From Eledone cirrhosa (Eukaryota), in the NCBI GenBank assembly GCA_964016885.1, contig OZ024745.1:108934001-108998000 (forward strand): a stretch of 64,000 nt of DNA. Reading direction: 5' to 3'. The notes below the pieces were generated by a model, which saw nothing but the letters and a program-made list of their open reading frames with translations, made no database searches and was not told the origin of the DNA. This document shows positions 14,179-27,836 of the stretch, piece after piece. Numbering within the stretch: position 1 is the stretch's first letter; every line of letters begins with the position of its first letter. A program made the position numbers and the translations under genes.

Positions 14179-14919
14179 TACATTTTATATACACTAGTAT
14201 TTAACCCGTTATATTATACGATTTCGCTTTGGTACTTCTATATATACTGTCACCAACTCCGCCTGGACAATGTGGTTTATTCCCAGTTTCGCCCTGATCG
14301 AGGAATATCTATGATCAAAGGATTTCTAACAATCAACACTTGATATGTCCTTCAATTTTATAAGTGTAGGGTAAGGTTTGAAGGCGATTAGAATACTATT
14401 TCTAGCAGAGACTTCACGTGGCTCCAGTTTACTCAGAGTAGAAATGAATTGCGACATCACTTGTGCCAAGCTGTATCGGCCATTGCCTTTCCCTTGGACA
14501 ACATCGGTGGCGTGGAGAAGGGAGACTGGTACTGGCGTGGAGAAGGGAGGCTGGACTGGGAAGGGAAAGTCGATTAAATTGACCTCAGTGCATTACTGGT
14601 ACTTTATTTTATCGTCCCCCGTAAGGATGAACATTAAAGTTAACTTATATGCTGCAAAATATGTTGTCCGACATACTAATGATATTGCCAATCCACTGCC
14701 CTACTTCGAGTAGTAATATTTATATTGATTTCTTTAATTTGCTACAAGTGCGGCGGAAGGATTTATCCTTATAAACATATATTACAAAAACTGCAGTTTA
14801 CACCAATTCGATCATGAAAATAAATAAATAAATAAATAAGTAAAACATGCAAAGAAAACAAAAGTTTGCAAAAGGTATGGAATGAAATATCCCAATAATA
14901 AAGAATCGACTATCTAGAG

Positions 14920-15223
14920 CAGGGGTCTCAAACTCAAGAACTCAAAAAGGCCATAACGTCTTGGAGTTGAACCTCAGCGGGCCGAATGTGAAATGTGGGG
15001 CGTCGGAGGTGATATCCGCTAGTTAAAATGCTAACCTGCTATATAACTGATAGGCTGCTATTTACATATTTATTTTGTTCATAAAATTGAATATTCATGA
15101 TAGTATGTGGGATATATGAATACGTATAAAACCTAGAGGCACACATTTTCATTTCATTTTTTCTTTTGTTCTGCCGTAAAGTAGTTTTCAGGTCACACGC
15201 AGCCCGCGTGTTTGATACCCCTG
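14920..15223. mobile_element. hAT (Charlie-like) MITE
   Basis: caggggtctcaaac ... gtttgatacccctg; flanks atctagag / atctaata. Confidence 0.7.
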
Positions 15224-15299
15224 ATCTAATACTACTACTAAATACATCCACTTTTTTGTGGTGACATTATAAAACCTTTCTATCTCACACGATCCAACA

Positions 15300-15700
15300 T
15301 TAACTGGCTCCTCAGTTCTTCACCAGATATATTCTGTATCTTCCTCAATGACTGTCTTTAATGTCTTGAAATGGTTTCCACGTTTGCATTTCACATTAGT
15401 GGACTCCCATAGTAAAGATTTTGTAGCAGGTTCGTTACCTCTCATGACATAACCTGCAAGCTAAAGACACCTGACATGGAGGGTATGGCTAATGGGTGGG
15501 AGGTTGCCGTAGAGAATTTTGTTTGTAACACACATGATCAAGAGATTTGATGTTTTTATCCTTCTTAGCATTCGAGCGTAGCAATCATCGAAAGCTTTGG
15601 TGATAGATACTCTTACCGATCATGATTCACAAGAATAGAGTAAGACCCCTGATCGAGTGCCAGTAAAGGAGCTACATTGATCCAGGATTACCCTATCAAG
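15300..15700 (-). mobile_element. Highly decayed RTE-clade 3' fragment
   Basis: Minus-strand pieces AFDDCYARMLRRI, NKILYGNLPPIS, LAGYVMR, LLWES parallel the 7.9-kb fragment. Confidence 0.55.
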
Positions 15701-16479
15701 AGCAAGTAACTTCTCTCCGCTGCTTTCTTTGGCCAACAGGTGTATGCTGTTAATAAAACCATTCACCCATTCACCCGGGCCATCTTCGTTAACCAAAATT
15801 CCTGGAGAACAGCCACATCCACTCTACTCTCACTTCATTCTCCAGCCTCATCAAAGCCTCCCTTCATCTCCACACACCCACACACTCACCCATCCCCTGA
15901 CCTCCTTCACTCGTCTCACCCTCCAACTTGACTTTTCTCTTATATACGAAGGGTTAGATTGTCCAGTGTATTTAAGACAGTAGGGTGCGAATTTAGGGAG
16001 ATTTGGCTGCCGTTGTTTTATAGTTTTGCCGCAGTAGATACTGTCGTAAGATGCTAGTGCTACTGTTGTTGTTATTGTTATTATGGCTACTTGAGTGTGA
16101 ATATGAATCTGGTCTTTAATAACAAGAATGTGTGTGCAAAACATATACACCAAGCCAAAACACAGAGGAACCAAACCCCCACTGTCACGGCCTCCGTCTC
16201 TCCCACTCTCTCCATCCTTCACCACGGTCTGAGTTAAAATCCCGCCGAGGTTAACTTTGCCTTTCATCCTTACGGGGTCGATAAAATAAAGTACCAGTAA
16301 TATACTGGGTAATTGCTGGCCTTGTGCCTAAAGTAGAAACAACTATTATGAGTAAATTGGGGCCAATGCGCTGGCCGCCCCGGCGGACAGAATAGAGAAA
16401 GCGTTTCCCCGGAGGATGGTGAGGGGGACGCACTGGAAGAGCTATTCAGGGGCTCACATCTGCGGGTAACCAAGTCTGT

Positions 16480-17095
16480 GCTGATTTTTGATGTTGATAT
16501 TGTTGTTGTTCTTACTGTTGTTACTTTGGTTGTTATTGTTAATGGTGATGATATTGTTGCTATAATTTGTACTCTTTTACTCTTTGACCTGTTCCAGCCA
16601 TACGGCTGAGGCCATGCTGGGGCAACGTCCTTGAGGCTATAAACTATTGACATTGTTGTTGTTACTGTTGTTGTTACTAGTGTTGTTACTAGTGTTGTTG
16701 ATGTTGTTGTTGTTGTTACTGATGTTACTACTGTTGTTGATGTTGTTGTTGTTACTAGTGTTGTTGATGTTGTTGTTACTGTTGTTGTTACTGTTGTTGT
16801 TACTAGTGTTGTTGTTGTTGTTGTTGTTGTTGTTACTGTTGTTTTTACTAGTGTTGTTGTTACTGTTGTTTTTACTAGTGTTGTTGATGATGTTACTGTT
16901 GTTACTACTGTTGTTGATGTTGTTGTTGTTACTGTTGTTGTTACTACTGTTGATGTTGTTTTGTTACTGTTATTGTTACTAGTGTTGATGTTGTTGTTAC
17001 TGTTGTTGTTACTCTTATTGTTACTAGTGTTGTTGATGTTATTGTTATTAGTGCTGTTGATGTTGATGTTGTTATTACTATTGCTGTTGTTCTGC
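16480..17095. repeat. Degenerate (GTT)n/(GTTACT) low-complexity tract
   Basis: Directly visible; source of the poly-Leu ORF. Confidence 0.9.
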
Positions 17096-17624
17096 AGCTA
17101 GTGTATGTTTCTTTATTCTTCTGTCTTTGTAAATTCTCTGCCACTTCTCCATTTATTTTGCTACTCATTTATTCTTTGAGAAAGAAAAGAAGCTGATAAG
17201 AATATTTTAAAACAAAATAATAATAATAAAAAAAAACATATACAACCACAAAAAGACAAAAAATTATATATATCTGAGCACCAAAGCCATCCCCAAATGC
17301 CATCATACTTCAGTCTGGGCATTGAATCAACTTTTCATTTTTAATTTTTTTTATATATATATATATATATATTATTTGTATTTTGTTGTTTCTTGCTGCT
17401 GCCACTACTACTATTCTTGTTGGTGGCGGTGGAGGTGGTTTTGATGGTGGCGGTGGTTTTTTAAGAGTGATAATCCAGAAATATCAACAATATGGCAGAT
17501 CTCCAAACTGTTTTCGTCGAACCCTCCTCAGACGTGAAGAATTTTACATATCAGTCCCGAGTTTCGGAGAGAAACAGTGACATATTCTGAGGATGTTGAT
17601 GAAAGAAGTTATGGTAATGATGGC

Positions 17625-17679
<55 letters not shown>

Positions 17680-18822
17680 GTGGTGATGGTGATGATGGAT
17701 GGTGAGAGTGGTTGTGATGATTGTAATGATGATGGTTGCGATGATGATGCACGAAGATTAAGAGAAAATGTTCTGAATAAGAATTTCTTTCAAATAGAAA
17801 TGACTTCTACAAAACTAATACTGTTTCATTCTCTAGTGAAATCGATGATTTCACAACAGAATGAAACATGACTAGTTCTGTAGATGTGAAATAAATTATG
17901 TATCCTATTTATTTGATAAACTGAGAACCTTATTTTAACTGTGGCCTCCTTCAATTTCTCAACGGAAAACTATTCTATTTCATTAAAAAGAATTAATTTC
18001 CTGGTCTTTTTACTAAAGAATTTATTTTCTCAAATGCTGCAGTATTCTGTTGAAAGACAAATGTTTCAATGCTTGCCAAAGATTGGCAGTTAGTAAAGAG
18101 AATCACCAGACATATAATGGCCAGATATATAAAATGATGGACATCTAAGTTGAGTCTTAAAAATGTTCTTTGAAAAATAACTCCCAGAAACACATCTACA
18201 TAGGCACCCGTCCCTACCAATATGTTCTGTTAATATATTTGATACAAAAGGCGTGCATCAATAAAAGCTAACCAGAAAGGATTATTCGGTGAGAGAGGGG
18301 TTACTATTTTCATCATTTCCACAAGTAGTAGGGCGGTAGGGCGGTAGGGCAGTATCAGTAGAGAACCGGACAACATGCTTTGCTGTATATAGTTACGTCC
18401 GATTACATTCTTGGTTGAAATCCCGCCGAGGCTAGCTTTGCCTTTCATCCTTACGGGTCGATAAAATAAAGTAACACAATGAGGTCGATTTAATCAACTT
18501 TCCCCTTCCACCAAATTGTTGGCCTTGTGCCTAAATCAGAAACCCTTATTTCGACAAGTAGTAAGGCAGTGGATTGGCAATATCGGTAGAGCATTGGGCG
18601 GCATAGTTTGCGGAATATAGTTACGTCTCATTATGTTCTGGGATCAATCTCGCCGAGGTTAGCTTTGCCTTTCATCCTTGCGGGGTTGAGAAAAAAAAAA
18701 TACCAGTAACATATTGGGATCGATTTAATCGACTTCCTCCTGCCCCTTGTGCCTAAATCAGAAAACAATATTTCCACATGTACGGAAGATAATTCCGGAC
18801 ACGTTTCAGTCTTATTATCTAA

Positions 18823-19918
18823 CTAGATTTTTTTCAACACGCTGATGTGTGTATGAATATATTATTATAAACGCGCAAACACAAACACACTTAGAAAAAT
18901 ATGTCGCTCAAATTTATATATAGTTTATATATAAATTTATTTATACAAGTGTAGTGCATGTTAGATGCTGTTTTCTGTAGTTTTCCTCACGCCTTCCTTC
19001 CCCAGTCATCCCTGGTGCGTGACGTCATCACCCTTTCCTTCCTAAATCATCTCTAGTGTGTGACGTCATCCCCCTTTCCTTCCTCAATCATCTTTAGTGT
19101 GTGGTGTCATCACCCTTTCCTTTCTCAATCATCTCTAGTGTGTGACGTCATCACCCTTTCCTTCCTCAATCATCTCTAGTGTGTGATGTCATCACCCTTC
19201 CCTTCCTCAATCATCTCTAGTGTGTGATGTCATCACCCTTCCCTTCCTCAATCATCTCTAGTGTGTGATGTCATCACCCTTTCCTTCCTCAATCATCTTT
19301 AGTGTGTGGTGTCATCACCCTTTCCTTTCTCAATCATCTGTAGTGTGTGACGTCATCACCCTTTCCTTCATCAATCATCTGTAGTGCGTGACGTCACCAC
19401 CCTTTCCTTTCTAAATCATCTCTAGTGTGACGTCATCCCCCTTTCCTTTCTCAATCATCTGTAGTGTGTGACGTCATCACCCTTTCCTTCCTCAATCATC
19501 TTTAGTGTGTGACGTCATCACCCTTTCCTTCCTCAATCATCTCTAGTGTGTGGTGTGTCATCACCCTTTCCTTCCTCAATCATCTCTAGTGTGTGGCGTC
19601 ATCACCCTTTCCTTCCTCAATCATCTCTAGTGTGTGGTGTCATCACCCTTTCCTTCCTCAATCATCTCTAGTGTGTGGTGTCATCACCCTTTCCTTCCTC
19701 AATCATCTTTAGTGTGTGACGTCACCACCCTTTCCTTCCTCAATCATCTCTAGTGTGTGGTGTCATCACCCTTTCCTTCCTCAATCATCTCTAGTGTGTG
19801 GTGTCATCACCCTTTCCTTCCTCAATCATCTCTAGTGTGTGGTGTCATCACCCTTTCCTTCCTCAATCATCTGTAGTGTATGACGGACGGACGGAAGTCT
19901 CTGAAATCTATATGAAGA
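18823..19918 (-). mobile_element. Non-autonomous Helitron containing a 41-bp minisatellite
   Basis: Minus strand begins A|TC (19919|19918), has (CCGT)n near the 5' end, a short cac...gtg hairpin, and ends CTAG|T (18823|18822); no TSD. Confidence 0.7.
19013..19884. repeat. 41-bp minisatellite, about 21 units
   Basis: Unit agtgtgtgacgtcatcaccctttccttcctcaatcatctct; period 41 (e.g. 19141 to 19182). Confidence 0.95.
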
Positions 19919-20135
19919 TTACCTCACCAGCTAAGCAAATACTTCAGCATACCGAGTGGTGATCGGAGGAAGAGAAGGTACATATGCATGAATGTAGACT
20001 AGTTGTCGTAGCAATCTTGAATTGTTTAGATAATAAATTACTGAGAAGGCAATCTACACGAAACAACAATAGTTGAGTTAGCATTAACATATTTAATACA
20101 GAGAGACGTAAAAATAATTATGTGCCGTAGACAAA

Positions 20136-20289
<154 letters not shown>

Positions 20290-20312
20290 GTATATATATA
20301 TATGTATGTATG

Positions 20313-20368
<56 letters not shown>

Positions 20369-20426
20369 AATACTGTTAGCTTCTCGCTAAAACAATTTCT
20401 ATACCTTTCATTTTTATATATATATG

Positions 20427-20530
<104 letters not shown>

Positions 20531-20821
20531 TGATTTACTAATATTATTTATTCCATAAAGGTTAACTTTGCCTTTCATCCTTACGGGGTCGATAAAATAA
20601 AGTACCAGTCACGCACTGGGGTCAATTTCATCGACTTTTACCCCCCCTAAAAAAAAATTGCTGGCCTTGTGCCTAAATAAGAAACCATTATTTATTCTCT
20701 AAACAATTCTATTTTTGTCCACAGCCAGTGTACAAACTTGTTCACATGCTTAGCGATTCTTTCATCATTGCTTCGGCAAATACGGTAAAGTGTATGTTTC
20801 GTTGTTCAGAATATGAGACAG

Positions 20822-20892
<71 letters not shown>

Positions 20893-20894
<2 letters not shown>

Positions 20895-21079
20895 TTTATC
20901 CCGGGTTCAATCGGGGGTAATTACAGTAAGTAAGGTACTCAATACATACCAGAATATAAATATTTTATATAGAAATAGCTTCTACAGGACTAGAACTGTT
21001 TCATTAGGGAGAAATCATCAGGAAGCCCTAATGATTTCTCTGAATGAAACAGTTCTAGTCCTGTCGAAGCCATTTCTAT

Positions 21080-21082
<3 letters not shown>
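20893..21082. mobile_element. Short foldback PLE-terminus-like element with HHR
   Basis: Inverted arms 20968-21022 / 21027-21080, between TA tracts. Confidence 0.65.
20978..21026 (-). ncRNA. Type I hammerhead motif with weak stem II
   Basis: gcttc CTGATGA t ttctccctaa t GAAA cag ttctagtc ctg TA gaagc: 5-bp stem I, 3-bp stem III, GUA triplet. Confidence 0.65.
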
Positions 21083-21131
<49 letters not shown>

Positions 21132-22271
21132 GAGTACCCCGTCGTGGCCGGGCAATTTTCACTATAGAATGCCTTTCTTTCAATTTTTTTTTATTCCATG
21201 TCACACCATGTCTGCCGCTTACCTCATCTCCCGTTATTTATTCACTGTGGCCTTTCACCTTGAATCGTCAAACGTCCACAAGGCGGTTGTTATGGAAAGT
21301 GGATTAGAACAACGCAAACTAAAGAGTCTTTCTCAAGGGCACAACGTGCCGCCGGAAATCGAACTCATAACCTTACTATCGTGAGCTGGATGCCCTAACA
21401 ACTAAGCTTCGCTAAAAGGAAAATCATACACACATTGACAATACGGAATCGAAAGACGAACAGAAGAAAAAAGCATTTTGCCGGACGATTAAAAAAAACA
21501 TGTGACAGTGAAGTCCTTCATTCACTAACCTGATTGGCTATCTGTCACCCTTTCACTACTCACATTATTGGATAGTTTCGTTGACAGAAATGGCGTTTAA
21601 TTTGCTTTTGGGAATTAAGAAACTCCATGTGCCCGAAAAACCTTCTCCTTGGAACGCAGATTTCGAAGATCAAATTCGTTTTTCTCTAGGACGCACCGTT
21701 TCCACGACATACACATATATATACGCACATACACACACATATACATACGCACATACACACACGTATACATACGCACATACACACACGTATACATATGCAC
21801 ATACACACATACTCTCTTTCTCTCTCTCACACACACACACAGCAATTCCTCACTATATGATCCTCTGAATGAAATTTCGTCAAAACGAAGTTTAAAACCG
21901 AGGTGATGTAACAAAAGATCAACGAATTTTGTTTGGAATTTTCTATCAGTCAGTGACGCTTTGTGTTTGCGTTCTGGTGTGCTTACTCGTCCTATATCGT
22001 ACCACTTGTAAAGCAATTTAGTAATTTCTAGCAGTAAGAATGTTAGCTATCCCACTGCGTTACATAAGCGTAAAGCAAAATCATTAAATACAAAACTAAA
22101 TATCAAAAGGATATCAGGAGAAAGGACTTTTGTGGGACGAGTAGAAGTTGCACTCTGAACTAAAAAAGCTATAAGGAATCAGTCTCACAAAATAAAAGTG
22201 AGCATAATTCTTTTTTTAACTAATACAGACGCGCAGTGAAATTATGGTAAATATAAAGAAAATGCGAAAGT

Positions 22272-22620
22272 GCATGGCTTAGTGGTTAGAGCATTGGACT
22301 TGCTATTGAGAGGTTGTGAGTTCGATTCTCGGACCGGGTGATGCGTTGTGTCCTTGAGCAAGAAACTTTATTTCACGTTGCTCTAGTTTACTCAGCTGTA
22401 GAAATGAGTTGCGACGCCACTGGTGCCAAGCTGTAACGGTCATTGCCTTTCCGATGGACAACATCGGTGGCGTGGAGAGGGGAGGCTGGTATGCATGGGC
22501 GACTGCTGGTCTTCCACAAAACAAACCTAACCCTGGCTTGTGCCTCGGAGGGAAACTTTCTAAGTGCAAAACCATGGTCATTGGTGACCAACTGGGGCCT
22601 TAAAGGTAGATACACAGGAG
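22272..22620 (+). mobile_element. Second tRNA-derived SINE family (CORE-like)
   Basis: A box tggcttagtggttag, B box gagttcgattc, then tgtccttgagcaagaaactt. Related pieces at 14415-14535, 21290-21410 (minus), 32150-32240, 63760-63840 (minus). Confidence 0.75.
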
Positions 22621-22774
22621 AATGTTATGTCGCAGAGTCACTAGCAACTCTCCGAGGCAACTCTCTCCAACAATAAAACGAGACAATTAATAATGTTGAA
22701 GAAAAGCCACAACTTGTTTAATATTCTGTTATTTAAAAAAAGAAGCCTCTCCCAATTTAGTCTTGAATAATATT

Positions 22775-23703
22775 ATAATTGTTTCTACTTTTGGCACAAG
22801 ACAAGCAATTACCTCAGTGTATTACTGGTACTTTATTTTATAGACCCCGTAAGGATGAAAGGCAATGTTAACTTCGGCGGGATTTGAACTCAGCCCGTAA
22901 AGGAGCGTAGCTCCATGCTGCAAAGCATGGCGTCCGACCCTCTACCGATACTGCCAATCCACCGCCCTTATAATATTATAATGGTTTCTTATATAAGCAC
23001 AAGGCCAGCAATTTTGGGGGAGGGGAAAGTCGATTAGATCGACCCCAGTGCGTGACTGGTACTTTATTTTACCGACCCCGTAAGGATGAAAGGCAAAGTT
23101 AACTTTAGCGGGATTTGAACGCAGAGAGCCGTAACTCTATGCTACAAAGCATAGAGTTATATTATATTATAATAGTTTCTATATTAGGCACAAGGCCAGC
23201 AATTTACCCAGTACATTACTGGTACTTTATTTTATCGACCCCGTAAGGATGAAAGGCAAAGTTTACCTCGGCGGGATTTGAACTCAGATCATAAATGGAC
23301 GTAATTCTATGCTTCAAAGCATGGCGTCCGACTCTCTAGCGATACTGCCAATCCACCGCCTTATAATAATATCATAACATTATTAATATTCGGTTTGTTT
23401 ATAAGTAAATATCCTCATGAAATACCACATGGTAGCTGACAACGTCATCCTTTTGTTCCAGCGGTATAAGAGCGAAAACAACTTTTTTTTTTCTTTTTAG
23501 TCTGTGAATTTAGGCGGTGAATTGGCAGTATCGGTAGAGGGTTGGACGCCATGCTTTCTAGCACAGTCACGTCCCTTTACGGTCTGAGTTCAAATCCCGC
23601 CGAGGTTAACTTTGCCTTTCATCCTTACAGGGTCGATAAAATAAAGTACCAGTAATACACTGGGTAGTTGCTGGCCTTGTGCCAAAAGGAGAAACAATTA
23701 TAA
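22775..23703. mobile_element. Cluster of four dominant-family SINEs (three minus, one plus)
   Basis: Copies at about 22775-22968, 22975-23155, 23168-23361 and 23512-23703. Confidence 0.9.
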
Positions 23704-23819
23704 TAATATCATAACATTATTAATATTCGGTTTGTTTATAAGTAAATATCGTCATGAAATACCACATGGTACATTTTGTTCCAGCGGTAGAAGAGCGAAA
23801 ACAACTTTTTTTTTTTTTA

Positions 23820-25235
23820 GTCTGTTTTTGTGGTTATATGGAAATCTAACAGAGAAGCTTGTGTTACACGAGATCTGATTACTGAATGGTGCGTTGAATA
23901 TTTCTAGTTCACATGTGAAATGTTGTCGAGCTCAATTCCCTTCTGCTTTTGGACAATGTTCCTGGTCATCGTTTAAATCTGGATTTATTCCAAATATGAA
24001 TATCTGCCGTTTTCATTCCAGACAAAACTTAATTTCTACATCCTATGAACAAAGGAATTATTTCTATTTTCAAAAGATATAATCTTAGAAGAATTTAAAG
24101 TCAGTTCATTAGAACGATAGGTGATAAATATCAGTCCTTCAAAGAATTCTGGGAAAATTACATTATACATATAACGAAATATTTAAGATGTCTTGGAAGA
24201 AATTAAACATACATGACTAATTAAAAAAAAAAAAAGTGTGTCCAAATGTAATTATGGAAGATCATGGGGTAAAGCAGAGCTTCTCAAACCTTTTGCCCCT
24301 CCCCCCTCATGGCCACGTAATACCGTCAGTGCTCCCCACCCCTATTTTAAGAGAGACCTACCTACACGCAAGTTGTAAATAATATATAATTGATAAAATC
24401 GTTAATTCATATATAATAAATATTATATATATGTACTATGTATAAATAAATAAATATATATCCATTTTACTATATTTATATATAATATGTATCAATTGAT
24501 ATCTAATATACTATTGTATCATCTCTACCTCCCCCCGCCCCCTTGGACCCTCCCAACGCCCCGGAAGGCGGTAACGCCCACTTTGAGAACTTTTGGGGTA
24601 AAAGATGAAATAGTCTGAACTAACAATAAACTTGTTCAAAAGTTAAAGGAAATGGGGTTTGAAGAAATTGAGGCAGGTGATATTGCTTGCTGATGAAAAG
24701 ACATTCACCCATGAACAACTTATAGAGTTAACAGAACTGCAAGTGTCTAGTTTAGATAGGGAAGAAGGAATTCTCACACAATCTGTTTTAGATTTTATCG
24801 AAAACCCTTAGTTAAATAACTGTTTCTACTTTTGGTACAAGGCCAGCAATTACCCCAGTGCATTACTGGTACTTTATTTTATCGACCCCCGTAAGGATGA
24901 AAGGCAAAGTCAACCACCCTAATGATTGTTTCTACTTTAGGCACAAGGCCAGCAATTTGAAGGGGAGGGTAAAGTCGATGAAATCGATCCCAGTTCGATA
25001 CTGGTACCTAATTTTATCGACCCCAGTAATGATGAAAGGCAATTCTAACCTTGGTAGGATTTGAACTCAGAATGTAAAGGGCCGTAACTCTATGCCACTA
25101 AACATGTTGTCGGATGCTCTACTGATTTTGCTAGTCCACCGCCCTTAGTTAAATAACGTGTGCTTTAGAGCGACTTTCAGAAAACGATACTCATTTTGAA
25201 CGAAGCACTGATATTAAACCATCTGTAGTGGTAAT
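23820..25235 (+). pseudogene. Decayed Tigger/pogo DDE transposase interrupted by a hAT MITE and SINEs
   Basis: Frame-broken pieces SNREACVTRDLITEW, LLLDNVPGH, FLHPMNKGIISIFKRYNLRR, KEFWENY, GFEEIEAGDI, EQLIEL, ENDTHFERS follow the Tigger C-terminal motif order. Confidence 0.75.
24275..24595. mobile_element. hAT MITE nested in the Tigger remnant
   Basis: cagagcttctcaaa ... tttgagaacttttg; 8-bp TSD gggtaaag / gggtaaaa. Confidence 0.75.
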
Positions 25236-27123
25236 GCTGAATAGTTAGAACGGGAAATTAAAGGTTCGTATGAAAAAGGTGACAGATTAACTTTCGGTAC
25301 CTTATCTGTATCATTATTAGGTTTGTAGAAACAATTATTAGGTTTAAAAGGCGCTGAATTGGCAGTATCGGTAGAGGGTTGGACGCCATGTTTTCTAGCA
25401 TAGATACGTCCCTTTACGGTCTGAGTTCAAATCCCGTCGAGGTTAACTTTGCCTTTCATCCTTATGGGGTCGATAAAATAAAGTACCAGTAATGTACTTG
25501 GTAATTGCTGGCCTTGTGCCAAAAGTAAAAATAATTATTAGGTTTAAACACCCCCTGATAAAGTTTATTATAGAAAACTAAAAATGTATTGTCACAATTT
25601 GAAGTATTGTCATTATAATTTACCTGTCTTATGTACATGTTATATTTATTACATATCAAAGTTGTTTTTTTATATCTTGGTTGATATTTGATAATAAGAG
25701 CTAAACTAATCACCACAAATAAATATACCAAATTAGCCAACACCCTAATTCAAAAATGCGTCCACCGCCCCTGTAAGACAGGTAAATTATAATTGTTTCT
25801 ACTTTAGGCACAAGGCCAGCAAATACCCAGTGCATTATTGGTACTTTATTTTATCGATCCCGTAAGGATGAAAGGCAAAGTCAACCTCGTTCAAATCCCG
25901 CCGAGGTTGACTTTGCCTTTCATCCTTACGGGGTCGAAAAAATAAAGTACCAGTAATGCACTGGGTAATTGCTGGCCTTGTGCCTAAAGTAGAAACAATT
26001 ATAATTTACCTGTCTTAATTAGGGTGTTGGCTAATTTGGTATATTTATTTGTAGTGATTAGTTTAGCTCTTATTATCAAATATCAACCAAGATATAAAAA
26101 AAAAAACAACTTTGATATGTGATAAATATAACATGTACATAAACTGTAGCGTATATACAAATAGATGTGTTTTTGTAGTTTTGGGAGAAAAATATAATTA
26201 TTGGGGGACCATGGTTATATATAAACATAATCACACAAACACACACATACACATAGGGCGGTGGATTGGCAGTATTGGTAGAGGGTCGGACGCCATGCTT
26301 TGCAGTGTAGAGTTACGGCCCTTTACGGTGCGAGTTCAAATCCCGCCGAGGTTAACTGTGCCTTTCATCCTTACGGGGTCGATAAAATAAAGTACCAGTA
26401 ATGTACTGGTTAATTGCTGGCCTTGTGCCAAAATTAGAAACAATTATATATATATATGTGTAAGGCGGTGGATTGGCAGTATTGGTAGAGGGTCGGACGC
26501 CATGCTTTGCAGTGTAGAGTTACGGCCCTTTGCGGTCTGAGTTCAAATTCCGCCGAGGTTAACTTTGCCTTTCATCCTTACGGGGGTCGATAAAATAAAG
26601 TACCAGTAATGCACTGGAGTAATTTTCTGACCTTGTGCCAAAAGTAAAAACAATTATATATATACACATACATATACAAATGCACCCGCTCCACACACAC
26701 AGACTGACGAACGCATATATATATATATGTGGAGAAGTTCTGATTACTATAATATTACTACAAGAAACTCCCAAAGCTCATGCTTAGACGACCCCTTAGT
26801 AATTATTTTAATCATCTTTATTAATGAATTAACATTTTCAGCTATTATGTATAACCGTCAATAGCAGGTAACTCTGATTTATACACACTAATTCTAGAGT
26901 GAAATTAACGGATCGATACAGTGACTTGTTAATAATTGTTTCTACTTTTGGCACAAGGCCAGCAATTATCCAGTGCATTACTGGTACTTTATTTTATCGA
27001 CCCCGTAAGGATGAAAGGCAAAGTTAACCTCGGCGGGATTTGAACTCAAACCATAAAGGGGCGTAACTCTTTGCTGCAAAGCATAGCGTCAGACCCTCTA
27101 CCGATACTGCCAATCCACCGCCT
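24817..27123. mobile_element. Dense cluster of about eight dominant-family SINE copies in both orientations
   Basis: Copies at about 24817, 24921, 25349, 25790, 25890, 26256, 26463 and 26931. Confidence 0.9.
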
Positions 27124-27463
27124 TGTGGATTGGCAGTATTATTAACAGTGACTTGTTAATAATATTGCGTAATTAAGATCAATGTTTAATATAAATTGAA
27201 TATAAAGAATTAGAGAATAGCATAAATAAATTAGCGGTTCGACAAAACTATAAAATAGATACCAAAGTAGAAAAAATACGTACTGGGGACTGTATATTGT
27301 TAATATTGACTTTAACTAACAGCAAAAAAGGTGTGCCGCTTTGTCGCATGTCAGTCCTGTTTGAATATACCCATCGGAACATAGAATTATGTGTGTGTCT
27401 GTATGTATGGACCCCTAGTGACATACATAGTAGGTATTTAAATCTGGCAGAGTCAATCCCTCA

Positions 27464-27836
27464 CAGACCTGTCAACTCTCCTCGTCCGACGGGGAAGATC
27501 TCCCACCCACTTTGGGGGTGAGTGGGTGGGAGATCTTCCCGTCTTCTCTTGTGAAAATGGGTATAGCTTTCATTATGTAAAATCCTCTCTGCTTTGACGT
27601 ATAGAGTTACGGCCCTTGCCATTCTGAGTTCAAATCCCGCCGAGGTTAACTTTCCCTTTCATCCTTACGGGGTCGATAAAATAAAGTACCAGTAATGCAC
27701 TGGGTAATTGCTGGCCTTGTGCCAAAAGTAGAAACAAATATATAAAATCCTCTCATTTTGCCTCATTTCTCCCCGGTTTTGTGGAACTTTTTTTCATGGT
27801 ACTCCCCGTTTGGATTTTTAGAGGTTGGCATGTCTG
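27464..27836. mobile_element. MITE with 6-bp TSD (hAT-like) and nested SINE; second copy at 34490-34687
   Basis: TIRs cagacctgtcaactc / gaggttggcatgtctg; ccctca duplicated at 27458-27463 and 27837-27842; internal hairpin 27491-27540. Confidence 0.7.

Noticed and set aside
17383-17871. ORFs with GGGG and poly-Met
   Set aside because: Driven by (GGT)n and (GAT)n repeats; the unique part has stops in other frames and no coherent splice pair
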